The notes below the pieces were generated by a model. That model ran no database searches and was not told the origin of the DNA. It saw only the letters and a program-made list of their open reading frames with translations. The position numbers and the translations under genes are program-made. Shown here one piece after another: positions 49,109 to 56,509 of a DNA stretch of 56,509 bases; the first letter of the stretch is position 1; each line of letters starts with the position of its first letter. Origin of the DNA: a virus (Duplodnaviria > Caudoviricetes); the IMG/VR virus record IMGVR_UViG_3300046804_003014, positions 1 to 56,509 of that record. One strand, given 5' to 3'.

Positions 49109-49705
49109 TTACTTACAACTCTCGCCTACACCCTTGAGTAAATCCGCAAATAATCCAGGAATTAAAGCATTTAGTACTTCAGAAAGTGGAGATCCTCCTT
49201 CTTGAATTTCACCTACGACATTGATGAAGTGATCTGTGACTAGATTAATTTCTGCTTGTCCCCTAACACAAACTTTCGTCCCTGATAGAGTCAGTTGTTC
49301 TCCACTATCAATTGTGATTCCACCATTTGCCTTAAGTAAGAAAGCACCATCATCAGTATCAAATCCACGAGATTCAATGAAGATGTTTCTGGCAAGTATC
49401 TTGACGTTTCCTGATGGGGCACATAAGACTAGATCCCCATTCTCACAATAGACACCATATCCTACTGCTTCTTCTTCTGCCTTATCACGACCCTTTAAAG
49501 CATTATGACCGCAGGTGACAATATGACTTCCTTGTATATGTTCTGTCTTGCTGCCATCATTTGTATACTTACACGTTGAATTAGAAGGAACAGCAAGTCT
49601 GAACTCTGTTCCATCATCAACTTCCTTTGGACCACCTGGACCAAAAAAGGCTGATCCATGAGCTCCATCATAAAGTATATACTCTGGTGGTCTTTTCTTT
49701 GCCAT
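49109..49705 (-). CDS. Putative baseplate spike beta-helix protein (gp5 C-terminal-like)
   Basis: Repetitive short beta-strand pattern (NGDLVLCAPSGNVKILARNIFIE); follows gp5-like genes. Confidence 0.5.
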   Translation of the reverse strand: MAKKRPPEYILYDGAHGSAFFGPGGPKEVDDGTEFRLAVPSNSTCKYTNDGSKTEHIQGSHIVTCGHNALKGRDKAEEEAVGYGVYCENGDLVLCAPSGNVKILARNIFIESRGFDTDDGAFLLKANGGITIDSGEQLTLSGTKVCVRGQAEINLVTDHFINVVGEIQEGGSPLSEVLNALIPGLFADLLKGVGESCK

Positions 49706-52143
49706 TACTTTAATACACAGTCAATAACTTTAATGAGTCTTGCGGGATCAAAATCAGGTTGCTCTTGGAGATATTGATCTCTATTGATAAATCTCATCAC
49801 AGGACGAACTTTTAATCCTGCTCCAGTATCACTATTTATTGTGATCTCCGGAACTTCACCAAATCCACAACCAGAAGAAAGGACTTCCATCGCAACAATC
49901 TGACCAACTTCTGTAATCTGAACCTTAACTTGTAGTCCAGCAACATCAGGAGTAATAGAAACAGTATCAGTTGGAGAATATCCGATACCAGTGTCTAGAA
50001 TCTGAATCTCATCTAAACAGGTTACATATTCTCTTGTCACAACTTCTTCATTTGGTAGAAGTTGTCCTACTGGTTGCCCAAACTCTGTAATTCCTGAAGG
50101 TGTATTCAAGTATCTGGATCCACCGTTGACCATTACAACCTGAACAACTTCACCTTCATTGTTGATGACAGTATATCCTGATGCTCCATATCCACCACTT
50201 CCAGAGGGATTTCCATCAGAACACGTATCTTTAAACGTTACAAATGGTGGTGCAGTATATCCTCGTCCACCATAAGATAAGTCTACACCAACTACTTCAC
50301 CAATAGAGTTAATAACAGCATTTCCAACCGCACCTACTCCTCCACCACCAAAGAATTCAACTTTTGGTGGTCCACAACGGAAAGCGCCTGGGAAACATTG
50401 AACGCCTGGTGGAGGAGTGCCACTCGCAAGATCACTTCCCTCAATTCTTTCATCACCAAAGATACTGACCCCTGGTAAAAGACCACCAATCGCAGAATCA
50501 ACACCACCTAATATAGCATCTTCAAGTTGATTAGCATCTGGAATTGGTAAGAAGTTATTATTGAAATCTTCTATTGCTGATGGTGTAACTCCTGCTCCTG
50601 GAATCCAAGATTTAATTTGTGGACACTTTGGTTTGGCACAAAGGAATGATTCAAACCCAAGAATAAAATCAATTGCTTCAAATACCTTTCCAGCAATTTG
50701 AGCAACACCACCTAATACATCATTGATCGCAGATACGACAGGTTGAATGGCCTCATCAATTTTAGCAGATAGATTATTGATTAGAGCATTTGTGAATTGT
50801 TCTACGGCACAGATAGGAGCATTGATGACATTACCAATCATCGCATATAAGAAATCAACGACGAGATTTGTAAGTCCCTTAATAATTTCATTAAACTTAC
50901 AAATGATGGAATCAATGATTGCTTTGATAAATGTATTCTTAAGTGCTTTTGACAATTTCTTTAGAATTCTATCAATCGTTTTTTCAATCAACTTACGAAG
51001 AAGATTCAGAATATAATTACGCATTCTCTGGACAAGTAGTTTCAAGATTGATGCGATGATCTGACTTGTTTTAGAAACAAGATTAGTAATATTCTGTATT
51101 TTGTTAATTGTTCCTTTTACATAAACATTGTAATACTTCTTGATCGTCTTTAATGTTTCAAAGAAGTTTAACAAAGCATTATTGATTCCTGAGAGGGTAC
51201 TTTTTCCACAGGGATCTGGTAGTTCCTGGATCTGTTTCTCAAGTTCTGCCTCAAGTGCTCTTAGTGCTGTATAGTTATATCCATCTCTACACTTCTTTTC
51301 TTCGGGAGACCAAGATGTGGTTGTTTCTGATGCTACTGGGCAGTCTTCTCTTGCCCAATCTTGTCTTTTTCTTATTTCTGCTAGTAATTCTGCCTGATAA
51401 GTTTTTATCTTTTTGAGTTTTTCAAGTTCTTCAGGTGTTAAATCTAGATTTTCTGCTTCTCTTTGTTGAAATTCTTTTTCTAGTTGTGTGTATTGATCCT
51501 CCAGAAATTTAAATTGATCCTGAAGTTCATTGAATGTAAACTCAGAGTAATCAACATTATAAGTTGTTGATTCTGTTCTTCCTGACGAAGTTGTTGTGCT
51601 ATCTTCTAAAGGAACGGCATTTGGAGGAAGATTATTTGTAGAGTATGGAGTTCCATCTGGTGGAGTAACAATGTATAAAGTTTTTCCATTAGGACTTGTA
51701 CCACTCTCCACATAAGTTGGATTTTGAGTTGTCGTTGTTTCTGGTGGATTTGATATTTCTTCTGCGATTGCTCTTTCTTGTAAAGAATTTAATTGTGGTC
51801 TATCAAGTTGTCTTACAGCACCAGTTCTTGTATTTTTAGTGACTTGAGTGGTTAAAAGAGTTCCTGTTCCTGAACTTGGTCCTGTTTTAAGACCTATGAG
51901 TTCTGCTGCTTTTTCAGTTAGATCATAATCCCTACCAGAAATAAAAGGACCTCTGTCTTTTACGGTAAGAACAATTGATTTTCCATTCTGAGGATTGGTA
52001 AATCTTATTTTTGTTCCAAATGGTAGAGTTTTATGTGCCACCCAAATACTATCTCTTTGTAAGACAGTTCCATCCGCTGTTTTATTACCATAAAATCCAG
52101 GACCATACCAACTGGCAACACCTCTTGGTCTTACATCTGCCAT
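49705..52143 (-). CDS. Baseplate hub (gp5-like) protein with an N-terminal RlpA/DPBB lytic transglycosylase domain
   Basis: GVASWYG..KTADG..AHKTLPFGT..V.DRGPF..R.YDL; later CAVEQF, CGPPKVEFFGGGG and KVIDCV typical of cyanophage gp5. Confidence 0.75.
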   Translation of the reverse strand: MADVRPRGVASWYGPGFYGNKTADGTVLQRDSIWVAHKTLPFGTKIRFTNPQNGKSIVLTVKDRGPFISGRDYDLTEKAAELIGLKTGPSSGTGTLLTTQVTKNTRTGAVRQLDRPQLNSLQERAIAEEISNPPETTTTQNPTYVESGTSPNGKTLYIVTPPDGTPYSTNNLPPNAVPLEDSTTTSSGRTESTTYNVDYSEFTFNELQDQFKFLEDQYTQLEKEFQQREAENLDLTPEELEKLKKIKTYQAELLAEIRKRQDWAREDCPVASETTTSWSPEEKKCRDGYNYTALRALEAELEKQIQELPDPCGKSTLSGINNALLNFFETLKTIKKYYNVYVKGTINKIQNITNLVSKTSQIIASILKLLVQRMRNYILNLLRKLIEKTIDRILKKLSKALKNTFIKAIIDSIICKFNEIIKGLTNLVVDFLYAMIGNVINAPICAVEQFTNALINNLSAKIDEAIQPVVSAINDVLGGVAQIAGKVFEAIDFILGFESFLCAKPKCPQIKSWIPGAGVTPSAIEDFNNNFLPIPDANQLEDAILGGVDSAIGGLLPGVSIFGDERIEGSDLASGTPPPGVQCFPGAFRCGPPKVEFFGGGGVGAVGNAVINSIGEVVGVDLSYGGRGYTAPPFVTFKDTCSDGNPSGSGGYGASGYTVINNEGEVVQVVMVNGGSRYLNTPSGITEFGQPVGQLLPNEEVVTREYVTCLDEIQILDTGIGYSPTDTVSITPDVAGLQVKVQITEVGQIVAMEVLSSGCGFGEVPEITINSDTGAGLKVRPVMRFINRDQYLQEQPDFDPARLIKVIDCVLK

Positions 52144-52174
52144 TTATCAATCTACCTCCTTGTTCTGATATTTA

Positions 52175-52852
52175 TTAGGCACCACGAACTTGTCCACCAA
52201 CACCATTGATACGATTAATAATAGCATCAATTTGTTCTCTCGGAACTGGACCAAGTTCTCCTCTTTGAATAGATCGGAGAAGTAATTTATCTTCTGCTCT
52301 ATCTTGTGGGGTATAATCTCTGGCAATTTCCGTTGACGTTGATAACTTACTCGTATCAAGTGTCATAGAGTCTTTTGCTTGTTCAAATTCCTGTTTTGTT
52401 GGTTGTGCTGGTGTTAGTGGTTTGTTACCGCCTCTCATCTGCCCACTGTAAGGAGGGAAAGAATTATATCGTGTAATGTTCTCAAATTCAGTTGATTTTC
52501 TTTCTTTGACTATTTGTAGTGACGTACTGTTTTCATAAGTTCCTCTACCTAATACCGCAGTAATTACAGGAACTTGATTGAGCGGATCTAAAAAGTATCC
52601 ACGAACCCATTCACCACCAGTCAAACCTGTTGACCCTCTACTGGCATTTCCTTGAGATGTTGGTCGTTCTACAATTGCCCAAGGTAGTTGTTCGTCTGGT
52701 GTAATTGCTCCAGATTTATTGTGAATTCCAACGATTCTGACTTTAACTCTATCTCCCCAACCGTCTGGGTCGGTCTTATCTAGAGTTTGATTGGGTGGTA
52801 CTTGTCCAATAAACCATTGATAATTAAGACCAGCAAATCCGATATTTTCCAT
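52175..52852 (-). CDS. gp5: gp5 N-terminal OB-fold hub protein
   Basis: WFIGQV..RVKVRIVGIH..DEQLPWA..WVRGYFLD..QVPVI. Confidence 0.75.
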   Translation of the reverse strand: MENIGFAGLNYQWFIGQVPPNQTLDKTDPDGWGDRVKVRIVGIHNKSGAITPDEQLPWAIVERPTSQGNASRGSTGLTGGEWVRGYFLDPLNQVPVITAVLGRGTYENSTSLQIVKERKSTEFENITRYNSFPPYSGQMRGGNKPLTPAQPTKQEFEQAKDSMTLDTSKLSTSTEIARDYTPQDRAEDKLLLRSIQRGELGPVPREQIDAIINRINGVGGQVRGA

Positions 52853-54153
52853 CAGTTTGTATACAATCCGTAGGTATCTCTTACTAAGGTTAATGATGTA
52901 ATTGACTTTCCACCAGCACTAAAGTCAAAACTATGGCACAAATGTAATATTAAGTATTTACCACTCAAATGCTGATCAAATGGTGATTCGTTCTTATTAC
53001 CTAAAGTTACATATTGAAACTGACATTCAATTACATCACCAGCAACTAAATCTGGATTACAAGGAACATTAATTTGAACGACTTGATTGAACAGTAAATT
53101 ATACCTTGTCGTTGCCTCTGCCTGCCATCTTTTTGGATCATTATTGGTTCTGATAGATATTCCATCATCCAAAGCACCCACATCTAGAATATGGTAGTGA
53201 GTTCTTGTGAAATTGTCAAATTCTTCTGGGACATTTGGTTTTTTACCCAAATAGTTATTAAGATTTTTTTCTCTTAATTTTATAACGATCTCATCATACT
53301 TGAATGTTCTTGGATCAAAAAAGATATTTCTAGAAGAATAGACTCCAGATCTTAAAGCATTTAAGACACTTTGATTTTTTGATTGAGTCATTGACAGAAT
53401 CTTAAAGTCTGCCAATGGATCATCATCTCTTAAAACAGAAGTTTGTCTATAAACATACTTTGCTTGTTTAGAAATCAAATTTGAAATTGATTTAAAATTA
53501 AATCCATTTTTAGTCTCATAGAAAAAATATCCAGGATCACCGTTTGTTTTTTGACCACCAGGAGATTCTGCTGGAACAGATTTTGATGCTAGATTGAGTA
53601 AAATAAAAAATGGATCTTCAGTATTACCTATAAAATTATAATTATTTTCAGTTTGATCTATATCAATACGAGTTTGTGGAACATTGAAATATTCTTTTAA
53701 AATTTTCTGTGCCGATTCTGAAATCTTATGTGTATATTTTTTGTAAATCTGCGATTTCTCATTCTCAAAAGAATATGGAGAAACTAGAGATATCATATAT
53801 GATTCTCTATTTGATTCTTTGGCAAATCCAGGTGCTCCATCAACACGTAATGGAAACTTTTGAAAATCTAAAGTTCCACGACTATTGGTTATTTTAAATT
53901 GAACTTCTTCATTTCCGGTGATTGGTAAAGAACTTAATAATGTACCTGGTATTTGTTGTTTATTTTGATCACCAGATACTGAATTACCAGAAGGAACACC
54001 AGTGTCAACAACTAGCATATTTCCAGTGACGATTGGTGATAATAGACTCTCATAATATTGAAAAGCAATCGCTTTTGGTGGTCCTATTTCAACCCTCTGA
54101 TTATCTTTTACAATCGTGAGTGCTTCTACTTGAGCTCTTTTTAGTGCTGACAT
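52852..54153 (-). CDS. Baseplate hub protein (gp27-like position)
   Basis: YYESLLSP, YFFYETKNGFNFKSI, L.AGDVI and SGKYLI..LCH motifs; upstream of gp5. Confidence 0.6.
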   Translation of the reverse strand: MSALKRAQVEALTIVKDNQRVEIGPPKAIAFQYYESLLSPIVTGNMLVVDTGVPSGNSVSGDQNKQQIPGTLLSSLPITGNEEVQFKITNSRGTLDFQKFPLRVDGAPGFAKESNRESYMISLVSPYSFENEKSQIYKKYTHKISESAQKILKEYFNVPQTRIDIDQTENNYNFIGNTEDPFFILLNLASKSVPAESPGGQKTNGDPGYFFYETKNGFNFKSISNLISKQAKYVYRQTSVLRDDDPLADFKILSMTQSKNQSVLNALRSGVYSSRNIFFDPRTFKYDEIVIKLREKNLNNYLGKKPNVPEEFDNFTRTHYHILDVGALDDGISIRTNNDPKRWQAEATTRYNLLFNQVVQINVPCNPDLVAGDVIECQFQYVTLGNKNESPFDQHLSGKYLILHLCHSFDFSAGGKSITSLTLVRDTYGLYTN

Positions 54154-55830
54154 TTACGTTGTTGGATTCCAAATACCGGATAATGGTGCAAAACTAGGAG
54201 ATTCTGATGGGAATGGATCTTTTCTACCACTATTTACCACAACAGTTCTTGTCTTTCCTTGCTGGATAATTTGTTGAGTTGTATTGACCATAACAATTTG
54301 AATATCTTCTTCTTCCTCTAAAAGAAAGGACGTTTGTGGTGAAATTACAGGACCTTGTTGTCCAGGTTGAACTTGATAAGGTGATACTGGTGCTTGTTGA
54401 ATTTGTTGTTGTCTTTTTTGTTGCTGTAAAAGTTGTTGTAAGTTTGTAGGTCCAGCATTTAAATGATTCAAAGTGTATTGTGATCCATCTGGTGCTTGGA
54501 TATAAACTTGATTACCATAACCACTACCAGAATCTGGCATAAATTTTAAAAATTTTAGTCCACCAGTCAAAGTAATTCTCTGGTCAGGATTTCCAGCATA
54601 ATCTTCACCTTTATGAGGTCTCCCCCATCTAAAACCAATTCCAGAAGTAAATTTCAATCTACTTGTCATTGGAACACCTTCTACTAAGATATTCTTTTTC
54701 ACATCAGCAGGTATGCCAAGATTATAATCACCAACTCTTTCAATGTGAATGTGTGATCCATCTGGACCTACAGGATCAGTGTATCCAGTATATCCAACTG
54801 TTCCAATAACCTCGTTTGTATTGATAGCAACCGTTCCTGTTTGACCTGTTGTTGGTATTGGTTGCTGTGATGCTGGAGAGCTCATTGGTGTCGTTTTAAA
54901 TGGTTTAGTCAATTGTAAATCTCTTAACTGTGTTAAGAAAGTTTCAAAAGACTTATTTACCCCATTAAAAGTATCACTAGATGATTCAAGTAATAGATAA
55001 TTTTCTTTATTTTCTTTTGATAGATTAAAGAATTCTCCAAAAGCATTATATGATTGCCTTGCTTGTCTCAGTTTTGGAGATCCACCAGGTCTTGCGTATG
55101 GTGAAGAAGTGACTTTTGTATCAACAGTTCCTCTTGAAACATTTGCTTTATCTGCTGGACCACTTTTACCTGTCACTCCTTTTGATGGAATATTTGAAAT
55201 TGTTCCACCTTTTGCCTTTCCTTGTGGTGTTTTTTGTGATTGAGGATTAGGTTGACCAGATTGTCTTGAATTGGGTGTGCCACCAGATTTGGAATTTAAA
55301 TCTTTATTGAATTTTGTATATTGTTCATTCAATGGATCAATAATTTTGTTCATATCCAAGATCAATTGTTCTAATTGATTCTTTCCTTCAATCAATTTAT
55401 TTTTTGTAGTCTCTGGTAAACTTTGAATAATACTAATGAACCCATTGACACCGTTTACTGTGGTAGTAATGACTCCAACAACTGAATTAGCAACATCAAT
55501 CAGACTTTTTCCAACTTCAGAGACTTTACTAACAATCGCAGGTAAATTATTGATCGCTATACCAATTAGAATAATTCCAAAAAATTCTTTGACTTTATCA
55601 AAGAAACTCATTGGACCGGCAATAATTCTAGACTTTATATTTTCAATAAGTCCTTTTCCAGGTGTCTCTAATTTTTTTTCTTTATCTAATGCTTGTGATT
55701 TCTTTTCTCTATCAACCAATAACTTATTTTCATCAAGTCTTAGTTTCCTTAACTGTTTATTGTAACTAATTAAGGAACTTTTTATATTAGTAGAATTTAT
55801 TTTTAACTGCTGTAACTGTTGAGTTTCCAT
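54154..55830 (-). CDS. Tail/hub-associated protein with coiled coil and an M23 peptidase domain in permuted motif order
   Basis: IGTVGYTG..GSHIHIE, then RWGRPHKGED..GYGNQVYI..TLNHL. Confidence 0.7.
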   Translation of the reverse strand: METQQLQQLKINSTNIKSSLISYNKQLRKLRLDENKLLVDREKKSQALDKEKKLETPGKGLIENIKSRIIAGPMSFFDKVKEFFGIILIGIAINNLPAIVSKVSEVGKSLIDVANSVVGVITTTVNGVNGFISIIQSLPETTKNKLIEGKNQLEQLILDMNKIIDPLNEQYTKFNKDLNSKSGGTPNSRQSGQPNPQSQKTPQGKAKGGTISNIPSKGVTGKSGPADKANVSRGTVDTKVTSSPYARPGGSPKLRQARQSYNAFGEFFNLSKENKENYLLLESSSDTFNGVNKSFETFLTQLRDLQLTKPFKTTPMSSPASQQPIPTTGQTGTVAINTNEVIGTVGYTGYTDPVGPDGSHIHIERVGDYNLGIPADVKKNILVEGVPMTSRLKFTSGIGFRWGRPHKGEDYAGNPDQRITLTGGLKFLKFMPDSGSGYGNQVYIQAPDGSQYTLNHLNAGPTNLQQLLQQQKRQQQIQQAPVSPYQVQPGQQGPVISPQTSFLLEEEEDIQIVMVNTTQQIIQQGKTRTVVVNSGRKDPFPSESPSFAPLSGIWNPTT

Positions 55831-55833
55831 ACG

Positions 55834-56509
55834 TTATACAAAAATACCATATATCTTTGAGGTTATTCTCATATAAGGATTCATCATATTGACAGATCCA
55901 ACTGATGGTTCTTCCGTCGCTGTTCCTCCAGATGGTTGAACTAGTTCATCTCCACCACCCTGAACTATTGGTGGTTTAGACATCGGTATTATAATTGGTT
56001 CTTTTGAAGATCTCTTAGATTTTTTAGTTCTTTCTACATTAATTGCTTTTATTATTGGTCTTAGTTGTTTCACTGATGAAGGTTGAATAACTTCTTCCCT
56101 ATCAGGAATCATTGGAAATGCCTTTGGAACTACAGGTCCATTACCTGGATTTTGTTTATTTTTTATTTTACCAAGTTTAATTTCATTAGTAAATTTATCT
56201 AAACTTTCAGTAAATTTATTTAATTGATACTGAAGACCATATATTACCACCTTTAACATTTTATTACCATCAAGCATCTCACGGACACCATTACTGAATG
56301 TATACCACAATCTACCACCAGCATCATTAATGTCTTTCAACAATGGTCTGAAGAGCATTGCCATAGACGATTTAATGACTTCTTCTCCAGGAGCCAATCT
56401 TGCTGGAACACTATCAACTTTTCCAGATCCTTTACCACCAACAGTACCACCGGTAGAAAATTTTTGAATGATGTTTGGATATTGATTAATTATATTTGAT
56501 TTAAAATTA
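55834..56509 (-). CDS. Tape-measure/hub-associated protein, 5' end outside the window
   Basis: Frame open to the edge: ..KFSTGGTVGGKGSGKVDSVPARLAPGEEVI, a GG.V.G..D.VPA.L.PGE motif. Confidence 0.65.
   Translation of the reverse strand, partial: NFKSNIINQYPNIIQKFSTGGTVGGKGSGKVDSVPARLAPGEEVIKSSMAMLFRPLLKDINDAGGRLWYTFSNGVREMLDGNKMLKVVIYGLQYQLNKFTESLDKFTNEIKLGKIKNKQNPGNGPVVPKAFPMIPDREEVIQPSSVKQLRPIIKAINVERTKKSKRSSKEPIIIPMSKPPIVQGGGDELVQPSGGTATEEPSVGSVNMMNPYMRITSKIYGIFV

Noticed and set aside
663-55765. Numerous plus-strand ORFs in the track
   Set aside because: They lie antisense to well-supported minus-strand genes or tRNAs and lack recognisable motifs; treated as shadow ORFs

Overview
This window is a segment of a T4-like cyanomyophage genome (Kyanoviridae-like). 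The host is probably a picocyanobacterium, inferred from cp12, speD and gene content. Essentially all real genes are on the minus strand; the plus-strand ORFs in the track look like antisense shadows. Layout: (i) 1-9.8 kb baseplate wedge genes: a >2,400-codon gp7-like gene broken by a one-base frameshift near 6082, gp6 and gp25. (ii) 9.8-12.4 kb: speD, an ATP-grasp-like protein, a basic peptide, a glycosyltransferase and an AbrB-like protein. (iii) 12.5-17.9 kb: a GC-richer island of short, often acidic early genes. It is built as cassettes, each headed by a 22-bp dyad GTG(A/C)CA-N10-TG(G/T)CAC exactly 31 bp upstream of a -10 box. (iv) 17.5-18.35 kb: an origin-like element with divergent promoters, CTCGTCGAG/GATC/CTAG clusters, ATTCTCAAT dyads, a 35-bp tandem repeat and an AT-rich tract. 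(v) A Gly/Cys-rich adhesin with a Cys-rich partner, then about 17 kb of small hypothetical genes including a DNA methyltransferase, cp12, a cupin and a candidate capsid-targeted internal protein. (vi) An SF2 helicase, two tail fibres, an HNH nuclease and three tRNAs, one a long-variable-arm tRNA with a UAU anticodon. (vii) Hub/tail genes, with a split gp5 carrying an RlpA domain and a protein with an apparently circularly permuted M23 peptidase domain. All family assignments come from motif recognition by eye; no database searches were run.
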